64,000 nt of DNA, taken from contig JANWKE010000155.1 in the NCBI GenBank assembly GCA_025451535.1, forward strand, positions 1,276 through 65,275, in the 5' to 3' direction. A program made the position numbers and the translations under genes. The DNA is from Verrucomicrobiia bacterium. GTDB lineage: Bacteria; Verrucomicrobiota; Verrucomicrobiia; Limisphaerales; UBA11358. Below the pieces are notes generated by a model. It saw nothing but the letters and a program-made list of their open reading frames with translations, searched no databases and was not told the DNA's origin. Below, piece by piece: positions 38,934-48,506 of this stretch. Position 1 is the stretch's first letter; each line of letters opens with the position of its first letter.

Positions 38934-39878
38934 ATGCAGACCAGGGCACTGGGTAATTCTGACCTTAATATCACCCCGATCGGCTTCGGGGCGTGGGCCA
39001 TCGGCGGCGACTGGCAATTCGGTTGGGGCGCTCAGGACGACGCGCAGTCCATCGCCGCGATTCACCGCGCGCTCGAACGGGGTGTGAACTGGATTGATAC
39101 CGCGCCGGTTTATGGCCTGGGCCATTCGGAGGAAATCGTCGCGCGGGCCTTGCAGGAATGGAACGGCGCGCGGCCTTACGTCTTCACCAAATGCGGCATG
39201 TTATGGAACGACAAAGGCGAAATCAGCTACTCGTTGCACGCCGATTCCATCCGGCTCGAGTGTGAAGCCAGCTTGCGCCGGCTCAGGGCGGACGTGCTTG
39301 ACCTTTATCAGGTCCACTGGACGGCGGATGATTTGAACGAGACGATCGAAGGCTGGACCACGCTGGCCGCCCTGCAAAAGGAAGGCAAGGTGCGCTGGAT
39401 CGGCCTGTCGAACGCCAGTGTCGAGGAGATGCAAAAGCTGCAATCCATCGCGCACATCACTTCGTTGCAACCGCCGTATTCACTCATCCGGCGCGACGTG
39501 GAAGCGGCGCAACTGCCATGGTGCCGGCGCGAAAAGGTCGGCGTGATTGTCTATTCGCCGATGGCGTCCGGTCTGCTTACCGGGGCGATGACGCGCGAAC
39601 GCATCGCCTCCTTGCCGAAAAACGATTGGCGCAACCGGAATGACCAGTTCCAGGAACCAAAATTGTCGGAACATCTCAAAACCGTGGAACGGCTGCGAAC
39701 GGTGGGCGCGCGGCATGGCCGAACGCCGGGTGAAACGGCGATTGCGTGGGCATTGCATAACCCGGCGGTGACCGGTGCCATTGTCGGCGCGCGCAATGCG
39801 AAGCAGGTGGACGGCATTGTCGGCGCGATGGATTTCCGGCTCACGCCGGGGGAAGTTGCGGCAGTGGAAGGGAAATAA
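38934..39878 (+). CDS. aldo/keto reductase
   Basis: IGFGAWAIGG, IDTAPVYG.GHSE, SL.RL..D..DLYQ.HW, YSPM.SGLL. Confidence 0.93.
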   Translation: MQTRALGNSDLNITPIGFGAWAIGGDWQFGWGAQDDAQSIAAIHRALERGVNWIDTAPVYGLGHSEEIVARALQEWNGARPYVFTKCGMLWNDKGEISYSLHADSIRLECEASLRRLRADVLDLYQVHWTADDLNETIEGWTTLAALQKEGKVRWIGLSNASVEEMQKLQSIAHITSLQPPYSLIRRDVEAAQLPWCRREKVGVIVYSPMASGLLTGAMTRERIASLPKNDWRNRNDQFQEPKLSEHLKTVERLRTVGARHGRTPGETAIAWALHNPAVTGAIVGARNAKQVDGIVGAMDFRLTPGEVAAVEGK

Positions 39879-39944
39879 AAGCCCGCCCGTGAACTGGGTC
39901 AAGGGCGGGGTTATTTACAACCAGCGAACCGGTTCAGTCCCGTT

Positions 39945-40751
39945 TCACTCAAAGGTGCTTTTGGCTGCAGGCGGTCCGGAGGGGGCCGACGATCCGGCGG
40001 ATACCGGCGGTTGTGAGCGGAGGGCCTTTACCTCCGCCGGAGTCACCTCCAGCCCGGAATTGCCGAACGAATTGTAAACAAACGTCAGGACATTCGCGAT
40101 ATCCTCGTCAGCGAGCGGGAACGAAGGCATGCTGTTGTTAAATTTCAATCCATTTACCACCACTTCCCCCTGCCGGCCAAAGATCACGGTTTGGATGGCC
40201 CGGTTCTTGTCGGCATTCAAGAAATCCGATCCGGCCAGGGGCGGAAACACATTGGGAAGTCCCCGGCCAGTGGGCTGATGACAAGCCGCGCAGACGGAAG
40301 TGAAAAGCCGCTTGCCCATGTCGATCCGCTCGGTCTTTGACTTGGCCACGCCGGGCGGCGGCGGCACCCCCCGAAGGCCGCCGTTGTCCACCCACTTCAC
40401 GATGGTGGCCCGTTCCTCTTCGCTGAGCGCCAGAGATTCCGGACTGTTGGCCACCGGCATGGCCTCCTTGTAATAAGTTCCTTTCCAACTGTCCCAGATT
40501 CGCCGTCTGATTTCCCAACGATCGGTGTAGGCGGTTTTATAGTCCAGCCAGTCGTAAACAAACCGGGACTGCTGGTTGTGGCACCGGGAGCAATTGCCCA
40601 TGAAAATTGGCTGGATATCCCGAAGATAAGTGGGCGTCTGATTGGTTTGCGCCGGGGCTTCGGTGAATACGAGACACCCGATCACGGCGGTTGCCCACGG
40701 CCAGAGCAATTGTACGCGCCCCCGTTGGTTCAGGAATTGGAATATATGCAT
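39945..40751 (-). CDS. di-heme c-type cytochrome
   Basis: Signal peptide; CSRCH in a planctomycete-type cytochrome domain; CAACHQ..G.G....FPPLA.SD class I domain. Confidence 0.88.
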   Translation of the reverse strand: MHIFQFLNQRGRVQLLWPWATAVIGCLVFTEAPAQTNQTPTYLRDIQPIFMGNCSRCHNQQSRFVYDWLDYKTAYTDRWEIRRRIWDSWKGTYYKEAMPVANSPESLALSEEERATIVKWVDNGGLRGVPPPPGVAKSKTERIDMGKRLFTSVCAACHQPTGRGLPNVFPPLAGSDFLNADKNRAIQTVIFGRQGEVVVNGLKFNNSMPSFPLADEDIANVLTFVYNSFGNSGLEVTPAEVKALRSQPPVSAGSSAPSGPPAAKSTFE

Positions 40752-40797
40752 GGCTGCTGTTGGGTTGTGGTATCAATCGCGATGGTCATCGCCGGTT

Positions 40798-42186
40798 CTA
40801 AAATCCCAGGGAAAGCTGGAGAATGAATTGGTCGGCCTGGGACGGGTCGTTGCTGTTCAGAAACTCATAGTCGCCTTCGAACAGCAGCGTGTTCGTGAAA
40901 TAATAGACATAGCCCACGGTGTACCGACGGGTTTTGAAGTCAAAAGCATTGTCGGCCGAATCATAAATACCGTGCAGAGAATCATAGCGACCCACGATTT
41001 CCAGGTTGTTGATGAGCGGCAACTCCAGATCCAGGCCGGCCAGCTTGTAGCCCGCCTGTACGAACCAGCCTTGCTGATAGTGGGTCCCAATGTCGTCGCT
41101 CCCGTAGCGGGTCGCGATATATTCACCCTTCGCCTCAAAGGAAGCCCCCAGGTGCAGGGCCGCATCCAATACGCCTGCCGACCAGAGGTGATTTCCCGCG
41201 TCGTCCCATTCGCCGGATTGGCCGGAGACTCCCACTTCCAGATCGTAATGGGGCTTGAACGGCACAAAGAAACCCAGGCGCGCGCCTCCGGACGGGTGCC
41301 CGTGCAGATTCGCCACTGTGGAACCGTCGGATAGGACCCCCACGTTGCCGCCCAGATCCAGATTGCCGGCGGCTCCGGAAGTTCCAGTCGTGTCCGACGA
41401 ACCGGGCCCATTCACGACATATACTTCGTAATTGAGCGACTCGCCGGCGTTCCCCACGGGAATCCCTCCGCGCAACTCCACGCCCAGGCCAGTGCCCGGC
41501 AACAATGCGTCCACCGCCAGCGGGTTATCCGGAATCTTGTTCAACCACCCCGCGCCCCGCTCGGTATAGGTCCCGAGGGGCAGTATCAGTTCGCCGCCCG
41601 CAAAGGTCATGTAATCGTTCATCACATAATCCAATTGTGCGAAACTCAAATTGAAGGTGGTCGTGTAACCGCCGCTGCCGGGCGCATTATTTGCGAGCGT
41701 GGTGTCGAAGCCGGCCTCAAACAGGATGTTGTCCCCGCCGCGGTAAAGAAAAATCGGCGCAAAATCAGCCTGCAGAAAAGCGCCGTGTTGTCCCGCTATT
41801 TTCGCGTATTGAAATTCGGCGTCGCCCATCATCATGAAGTTGTGGTTGACGGTGGCCTCGTCAATCGGCTGCCTTGGCATGGGTTGCGTCATGGACGCCT
41901 CGATGCTTTTCTGTTCCGCGTTGGTCGCGATTTGTTGCGTTTCGGTCAGCTTTTGCTGGAGTTGCTGGATCTGTTGCAGGTCCTGCGCGTGGGTCTGTTG
42001 CTGGACAATGTTTGACTGTTGCAGATTTTGAACCTGCTCGCCCAGTTTTTGCACCGTCTCCTTCAAGGCGTTGAAGTCGGCGTCGCTCACCTCCGCGGCT
42101 ACCCGCGATGGCAGCGCCAGCCCGATGACACAGCCCGCCAGCATCAGCCTCAATATCCCGCAAAGTGTTTTCATGGTTTTTTTCAT
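40798..42186 (-). CDS. outer-membrane beta-barrel porin with N-terminal coiled coil
   Basis: Signal peptide, Gln-rich coiled coil, alternating beta strands, C-terminal Q.SLGF. Confidence 0.8.
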   Translation of the reverse strand: MKKTMKTLCGILRLMLAGCVIGLALPSRVAAEVSDADFNALKETVQKLGEQVQNLQQSNIVQQQTHAQDLQQIQQLQQKLTETQQIATNAEQKSIEASMTQPMPRQPIDEATVNHNFMMMGDAEFQYAKIAGQHGAFLQADFAPIFLYRGGDNILFEAGFDTTLANNAPGSGGYTTTFNLSFAQLDYVMNDYMTFAGGELILPLGTYTERGAGWLNKIPDNPLAVDALLPGTGLGVELRGGIPVGNAGESLNYEVYVVNGPGSSDTTGTSGAAGNLDLGGNVGVLSDGSTVANLHGHPSGGARLGFFVPFKPHYDLEVGVSGQSGEWDDAGNHLWSAGVLDAALHLGASFEAKGEYIATRYGSDDIGTHYQQGWFVQAGYKLAGLDLELPLINNLEIVGRYDSLHGIYDSADNAFDFKTRRYTVGYVYYFTNTLLFEGDYEFLNSNDPSQADQFILQLSLGF

Positions 42187-42212
42187 TCGTGATTCGATGG
42201 TTCAGGGGCTGC

Positions 42213-42611
42213 TCAACGGCCGCTGTTGTCCTGGAGATACTGCAGGATGAGCCTGGCCTGGTCGCCGGGGATGTTGGCCCGCACCTGCATGTGGAGCATG
42301 ATGGTTTTCCATTGCGCCGCCGTCCGCTCGGTCGGGTAACGCTCGGGATGGCACCGGTTGCAATGCATCGAGTAAAGCTCCGCTCCGGTGAGTTGATGTT
42401 TCAACACGGGCTGCTCCGCCTCCGGCGCCTTGGCGTTCACGGCTGCTGAATTGGTTGATGCTGGAGCGGGATCCGTTTTCGGAGGCGCGGCGACCGAATT
42501 GGTTTCGGCGGAGAAAAGGGTGGTGGACGCCAGCCCGCCGAGCATCACGGTGGCCACGGCAGCAGCGAAAGTTGTTTGCACCAGTACTTTCAACGGTTTG
42601 GATGTTTTCAT
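42213..42611 (-). CDS. mono-heme c-type cytochrome
   Basis: Signal peptide, G..LY...CNRCH, W.....HM.VRA. Confidence 0.85.
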   Translation of the reverse strand: MKTSKPLKVLVQTTFAAAVATVMLGGLASTTLFSAETNSVAAPPKTDPAPASTNSAAVNAKAPEAEQPVLKHQLTGAELYSMHCNRCHPERYPTERTAAQWKTIMLHMQVRANIPGDQARLILQYLQDNSGR

Positions 42612-42942
42612 TTTGCTTCTCGGTTAAGGCGGCGTTCAATTCCGCTTCCAGGTACAGAGCAACGCATATCCATCTAATTTACGGGATGCGTTTTTATTCT
42701 AGTGGTCGGCCCAAGACTATCCGTTTCTTGTCATTGCTGAAACATTTTTTGGCATGAATATAAAAAGAGACAAGAGAATAATTTCCTGACCCCGGCGGGA
42801 GACCTTCCGTCAGCGTGAACCGATCTTCATGGATGCCGGTCGTCATTTCGGAAGATCGCGGCGACACGCGTTTGCCCAGGCGGCGGCGATTCTCATTTGA
42901 CAGCGCGGGAATTGTCCGCAAAATGTAACACTGCCTTCGGTT

Positions 42943-43017
<75 letters not shown>

Positions 43018-43315
43018 CCTTTAAAACGCTAAAAATGCTTTATTTCAAAGGATTTTAGCGCTTTTCTCTTTTCATTATCCAATGGGAACCCATAGGACAC
43101 AAAAGCAAACAATGGGCAAAAATTGGCAACTGTTGGCAACTGCAGTAGCCTGATTTGAGGCGTCAGCGATTCGCTTCCGGCCTCCCGTTTCGCGTTTGCG
43201 CAAGGAAATGACCCATACATCAGACCTACCGTTAATGGCCTCCGCGCGATTGATGGTCGTCCTGCGTGACAAGGCGCGCAGCGGCGAATCATGGAATCGG
43301 GCTTGCGATTCTCGC

Positions 43316-44212
43316 TCAGCAGCCGCGGCGGCGGACGAGGAGTGCGGCCACGCCGACAGCCAGCAATCCCAAAACCGACGGTTCAGGCACGGGCTGGAAT
43401 GCCAGCCCAGCAGGGCCATATGTGCCACTCAACCCGGAGGCAAAGGTGCTTTGCGCTCCGGTCGGTGTGAATTCATAGACGTTGCCACTGCCGTAATCCG
43501 CCTCAAACAGGTTGCCCGCGCCATCAAATGCCAGCCCCCAAGGACTTAACCCGGAGGCAAAGGTGCTTTGCGTTCCTCCGGTGGTGATTTCGATGATGCT
43601 ACTACCGACCGCCACAAATAAATCACCCGCGCTGTTAACGGCCAGTCCATAAGGACCGTGCAAGACCGACGCATAGGTACTTTTCTGTCCGTTCGGGGTG
43701 ATTTCAGTGATGGTATCGGTGTCTAGATTTCCCACAAACAGATCGCCCACGCTATTGAAGGCCAGACTAAAACAACCATTCATACCGGAGGCAAAGACGC
43801 TTTGAACCCCGCTCGGCGTATATTCATAAATGTTGCCGCTGCCCTCCGCCGCCACAAACAGATCGCCCGCGCTGTTAAAGGCCATTCCATATGGAGCATA
43901 CAACCCTGACGCATAGATGCTTTGAACTCCGTCCGGCGTATATTTATAGATGTTGCCGTCGCCCGCCGCCGCCACAAACAAATCGCCTGCGCTATTAACG
44001 GCTAGTGCAGCAGGTATGTTCAACCCGGAGGCAAAAGTGCTTTTCGCTCCGCTTTGCGTAATTGCATAGATGGTGCCATTAGCGTTGTCATTTGCCACAA
44101 ACAGAATTTGCGCCTGCGCGCTGGTGGAAATTAACAGGAACGCTCCCACACTGACCCCTCCACCGAATGAACGGCACCCGGCCCGAAGGGAGGATTTGAA
44201 CTTCGCTTTCAT
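43316..44212 (-). CDS. PEP-CTERM protein with NHL-like beta-propeller repeats
   Basis: About six copies of FASGL..P.GLA.NS.GDLFV; C-terminal VPEPS + TM + RRR. Confidence 0.9.
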   Translation of the reverse strand: MKAKFKSSLRAGCRSFGGGVSVGAFLLISTSAQAQILFVANDNANGTIYAITQSGAKSTFASGLNIPAALAVNSAGDLFVAAAGDGNIYKYTPDGVQSIYASGLYAPYGMAFNSAGDLFVAAEGSGNIYEYTPSGVQSVFASGMNGCFSLAFNSVGDLFVGNLDTDTITEITPNGQKSTYASVLHGPYGLAVNSAGDLFVAVGSSIIEITTGGTQSTFASGLSPWGLAFDGAGNLFEADYGSGNVYEFTPTGAQSTFASGLSGTYGPAGLAFQPVPEPSVLGLLAVGVAALLVRRRGC

Positions 44213-44728
44213 AAGGTTGTTTTAAGCTAACTACTCTCTAACGCTGCGGGAAAAACAACACACGCCGGAAACAAATACTCCGGCGTGTCTTTACAAGCAG
44301 GGCATCAAACAAACTGCCTTCCTCCGCACCATCGCACCAAGCCATTCGACCGCAAATAAAAGATATTCACAAGCCGCAGCCTGTCGTCGCTGGCCGTCGG
44401 CAGGTTTGGTATAATCCTCTTGCGTCGGCGAAAATAATAGTGATTTGCTTCTGGCCGCGGCTTACGTGATCAAGCAGGGCAAGCGCTTTGCGTGCAAGTT
44501 TGAAGTCCAAAATCCGCTTGTGATTTTACCGGGTGAGGCTCAGGTTCTGAGCGTTACTCGAACCTTGCATATGCATCCTGGAGCGGTTAAACGACAAGTT
44601 TATTGCGGAACTGGATCTCTACGGCCCGGCAGGCCAACTTAAACGCACACCAGTTCCGCCAACAAAGTCCGCGTATACGTTGTATTAATGGGATTCTGTC
44701 TTCCTGAATCCGATGAGGCAGTTCCCGT

Positions 44729-45631
44729 TCAGGAGCGGCGGCGGCGGGGCACAAGGAGTGCGGTCGCACCGACCACCAGCAACGCCAAAGCCGAGGGTTC
44801 GGGTACAGGTTGGAAAGCCAATCCAACAGAACGATCCAACCCTGGGGCAAAGGTGCTTTGCGTTCCACCCGGCGTAAACTCATAGACGTTGCCCGTGAAG
44901 ACATCCGCTTCAAACAGATCGCCCGCACTGTTAAAGGCCAGCCCGGAAGGACGATCCAAGCCGGAAGCAAAGGTGCTTTTAGCCCCGCCGGACGTAAATT
45001 CAAATATGTTACTGCTGCCGTAATCTGCCTCAAACAGACCACCTGCGCTGTTAAAGGCCAGCCCAAAAGGAGAACTCAGTCCGGAGGCAAAGGTGCTTCG
45101 CGCTCCGTCTGGCGTGAATTCATAAATGTTGCCACTGCCGGAGTCTGCCTCAAACAGATCGCCCGCACTGTTAAAGGCCAGCCCGGAAGGAGCATCCAAG
45201 CCGGAAGCAAAGGTGCTTTGTGTTCCGTCCGGCGTGAATTCATAGATGCTGCCGCTGCTGATGTTACCCGATCCCACAAAGAGGTTTCCCGCGCTGTTAA
45301 AGGCCAGTCCATAAACATAATTCAACCCGGAAGCAAAGGTGCTTCGCGCTCCGCCAGGAGTAAATTCATATACCTTGCCACTTAACTGGTCCGCCTCAAA
45401 TAAATCGCCCGCGCGGTTGAATGCCAATCCAACGGGACCGTCCAGGCCGGAGGCAAAGGTGCTTTGCGTTCCGCCCGGCGTGAATTCATAGATGCTGCCG
45501 CTGTTTAAATCCGCCTCAAACAGATTCTGCGCCTGCACACTGAGGGCAATCAGCAGGACTGCTCCCACACAAAACACCCTGCCGAATGGATGACACGCGG
45601 AATGAACAGCGGATTTTATTCTCGTTTTCAT
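44729..45631 (-). CDS. PEP-CTERM protein with NHL-like beta-propeller repeats (paralog)
   Basis: About six copies of FASGL..P.GLAFNSAGDLFEAD; VPEPS + TM + RRRR. Confidence 0.9.
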   Translation of the reverse strand: MKTRIKSAVHSACHPFGRVFCVGAVLLIALSVQAQNLFEADLNSGSIYEFTPGGTQSTFASGLDGPVGLAFNRAGDLFEADQLSGKVYEFTPGGARSTFASGLNYVYGLAFNSAGNLFVGSGNISSGSIYEFTPDGTQSTFASGLDAPSGLAFNSAGDLFEADSGSGNIYEFTPDGARSTFASGLSSPFGLAFNSAGGLFEADYGSSNIFEFTSGGAKSTFASGLDRPSGLAFNSAGDLFEADVFTGNVYEFTPGGTQSTFAPGLDRSVGLAFQPVPEPSALALLVVGATALLVPRRRRS

Positions 45632-46060
45632 AATTTTCGCTCCAATAAAGAAATAGAAGCTGTATTAGCTGCGCAGATTACCATTGTAAGCAAATAAATC
45701 GAACCTATCAAGCGTTTTTGGCAGGAAACCAGATTTAACCCGGTCAATTTTCTTCGTGGCCGCATCCGTTATGTCACTGCCTGCGTCTGGCCTGGAGATG
45801 GATGAATATGATGAAAAGAAACACTCGGTTACACCCGCGACGCGAAAGCTAACGCTCCAACACCAGTTTTAACGCGCTGTTTCGGGCAACATTGAAGCCA
45901 TCCGATGCTGTGCAATGAGAACCGATGACGAAAACGGCGGCGATGGTCTGATCGCCGGGTTACTGCAAACCAGCAAGGAATTGGCGATTTTAACGATTTC
46001 AGTAATCCGCTTGACGTTTGGCGGCGCAGCCGATTTACTGGATGGCGTTAGGGCACATTC

Positions 46061-47089
46061 ATGCTTGCGCAACTTAAAAGCCTGTTTTCCAACGATATTG
46101 GAATAGACTTGGGCACAGCAAACTCCCTCGTCTATGTGCGGGATCGCGGAATCGTCCTGCGCGAACCTTCTGTGGTGGCCATTCAGGCGGGTACAACTAA
46201 TGTGCTGGCAGTCGGTGAAGAAGCCAAACGAATGCTGGGCCGCACGCCCGGTAATATCGTGGCCATCCGCCCGATGAAAGACGGCGTGATCGCCGACTTC
46301 GAAATCACCGAGGCCATGCTCCGCCATTTCATCCAGAAGGTTCACCATCGCAAACTCATTGCGCCACGCGTCGTGGTGGCGGTGCCGTCGGGCATCACCG
46401 AAGTGGAAAAACGGGCGGTAAAGGATTCCGCCACTCACGCCGGCGCGCGTGAAGTGTATTTGATCGAACAACCGATGGCCTCGGCCATCGGCGTCGGTTT
46501 GCCGGTGCATGAGCCGGCGGGCAACATGATCGTGGACATCGGCGGCGGGACTTGCGAAATCGCGATTATCTCGCTGGCGGGCATCGTCTTCAGCCGCAGC
46601 CTGAGGGTGGGCGGGGACGAATTTGACGAAACGATCACGGCCCACATGAAGCGTGCCTACAACATGATGATAGGTGAACGTACTGCGGAAGAAATCAAGA
46701 TACGCATTGGCTCCGCGTTTCCGTTGGAACAGGAATTGACCATGGATGTCAAAGGCCGCGACCTGAGTTCGGGCCTGCCCAAGACTCTGACCATCCGTTC
46801 CGAGGAAATCCGCGAAGCGTTGCAAGAACCGCTTTCGAGCATTTTGGAGTCCATCCGCCTGACTTTGGAACGTTGTCCGCCCGAACTGGCCGCCGATCTT
46901 GTGGATCGCGGCCTGGTGATGGCGGGCGGCGGTTCGTTGTTGCGCGGCATAGACCGTCTCGTGGCCGAGGAAACCGGATTGCCGGTGCACCTCGCGGACG
47001 ATCCCATGAGCGCCGTGGCCGAAGGCACCGGTCGCGTCTTGCAGGAAATCGAATTCCTCAAGCGCGTCGCGACCAACGCCAAGTATTAA
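46061..47089 (+). CDS. mreB: rod shape-determining actin-like protein
   Basis: [34 protein letters not shown]. Confidence 0.98.
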   Translation: MLAQLKSLFSNDIGIDLGTANSLVYVRDRGIVLREPSVVAIQAGTTNVLAVGEEAKRMLGRTPGNIVAIRPMKDGVIADFEITEAMLRHFIQKVHHRKLIAPRVVVAVPSGITEVEKRAVKDSATHAGAREVYLIEQPMASAIGVGLPVHEPAGNMIVDIGGGTCEIAIISLAGIVFSRSLRVGGDEFDETITAHMKRAYNMMIGERTAEEIKIRIGSAFPLEQELTMDVKGRDLSSGLPKTLTIRSEEIREALQEPLSSILESIRLTLERCPPELAADLVDRGLVMAGGGSLLRGIDRLVAEETGLPVHLADDPMSAVAEGTGRVLQEIEFLKRVATNAKY

Positions 47090-47150
47090 ACATTGATTTC
47101 CCGCCCCGTTCACCTGCGGGCGGCTGAGTTGAATTCAGCCGCGGAGCAGG

Positions 47151-47954
47151 ATGCTTAAGAAAAAACATTATCTGGCGCTCGGCGTGGTGGTGCTGGCGGC
47201 GTTGCTGATTTTCAGCCTGCCCCAGCGTGCAACCAGCCGGCTCAAGCTCGCCGTCAGCAGTCTCTTCCTGCCGTTGTTTGGCCTGCTCAATACCGCGCAA
47301 CATCTGCCCGTGGCGGCCGCCGATATCGCCATGCCCCGGAGCGCCCTGCTCCGGGAAGTCGGGGAGCTCCAGCGCGACCAACAGCAGTCGCGCATTCAAA
47401 TGATGCAAGCCGCGGCGACGGCGCAGGAAAACGACCAGTTGCGCGCGTTGATCGGATGGCAACGACAGACACCGTGGAAGCTCAAACTCGCCAATGTCGT
47501 CATGCGCGATCCCGCCAACTGGTGGCGCACCGTGCAGATTGACCTGGGCAGCCGGGACGGCGTCCGGGAAAACCTGCCGGTGCTCACGGCCGACGGTCTG
47601 GTGGGACGCGTTTCGGCGGTGGGCCTGACGCGTTCGCAGGTGGTTTTGCTCGGCGATTCCTATTGCCGCGTCTCAGCGCTCGTGGAAAATCCGGCGCACG
47701 ACATCGGCATCATCACTGCCAGTGGCCCGCTCGACAACTCGCTCGTCGAATTGACTTACCTTTCCGGTAACGCCGTTGTGAAACCCGGACAAAACGTCGT
47801 TACCAGCGGCGAGGGCGGAGTTTATCCCCGGGGCATTATCATCGGCCAGGTGGTGGATTCGCAAACGGTCGAATTCGGACTTTACACCGAGGCGCGCGTG
47901 AAACTGGCCGCCAACCTGGGGGCGCTGGATCAAGTATGGGTGCTTTTCCCATGA
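47151..47954 (+). CDS. mreC: rod shape-determining protein MreC
   Basis: N-terminal TM, coiled coil EN..LR, ID.G..DG, GLVGRV, TSG.GG.YP.G; operon position. Confidence 0.93.
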   Translation: MLKKKHYLALGVVVLAALLIFSLPQRATSRLKLAVSSLFLPLFGLLNTAQHLPVAAADIAMPRSALLREVGELQRDQQQSRIQMMQAAATAQENDQLRALIGWQRQTPWKLKLANVVMRDPANWWRTVQIDLGSRDGVRENLPVLTADGLVGRVSAVGLTRSQVVLLGDSYCRVSALVENPAHDIGIITASGPLDNSLVELTYLSGNAVVKPGQNVVTSGEGGVYPRGIIIGQVVDSQTVEFGLYTEARVKLAANLGALDQVWVLFP

Positions 47955-48502
47955 ATGTTTTCAATACCATCCTGATTCTGGCCGCCGCGTATCTCGCCGT
48001 GTTCGGTGAAGCGGCATTTCCCTTGCTGCGTCATTGGTTGGGCGCGCAGGTGGACTTGCTGCCCGGGCTCATGGTGTACACGGCCTTAAACGCGGACATC
48101 GTGACCGTCTCGCTGCTGGCCGGGCTCGGCGGGCTGTGGTTTGACGCGTTATCGGCGAATCCCCTCGGGGTCAGCATCCTGCCGCTCTTTGCCATTGGCT
48201 TTGTGATTTATTTGCAGCGCGAACTGATTTTGCGCGAGTTGCCCTTTGCGCAATTCGTCCTCGGTGCCCTGGCCAGCGCCCTGGCGCCGGCCTTGTGCGT
48301 GCTGTTGCTGCTGACCGGCGGCCAGGAACCGTTGCTGGGTTGGGGTTCCCTCTGGCAATGGCTGGTCATGACGGCGGGCGGTGCCGTCGCGACCCCGATT
48401 CTTTTTGAATTTTTCCACTGGTGCCAGCACGCGCTCGGTTACCAGCCGCGAACCGAAACCAGTTTCCGCCCGGATCGCGAAATCCGGCGCGGGCGCGGTT
48501 AA
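47951..48502 (+). CDS. mreD: rod shape-determining protein MreD
   Basis: Hydrophobic, GL..D.LS..PLG; between mreC and mrdA. Confidence 0.88.
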   Translation: MNVFNTILILAAAYLAVFGEAAFPLLRHWLGAQVDLLPGLMVYTALNADIVTVSLLAGLGGLWFDALSANPLGVSILPLFAIGFVIYLQRELILRELPFAQFVLGALASALAPALCVLLLLTGGQEPLLGWGSLWQWLVMTAGGAVATPILFEFFHWCQHALGYQPRTETSFRPDREIRRGRG

Positions 48503-48506
48503 GAAC

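Noticed and set aside
43316..45631. ~120-nt periodic repeats as a possible CRISPR array
   Set aside because: In-frame protein repeats with no unique spacers and no cas genes.
45850..45877. CACCA..TTTAA similarity to the tRNA 3' end as attR
   Set aside because: The match is too short and degenerate to call a direct repeat; no integrase present.
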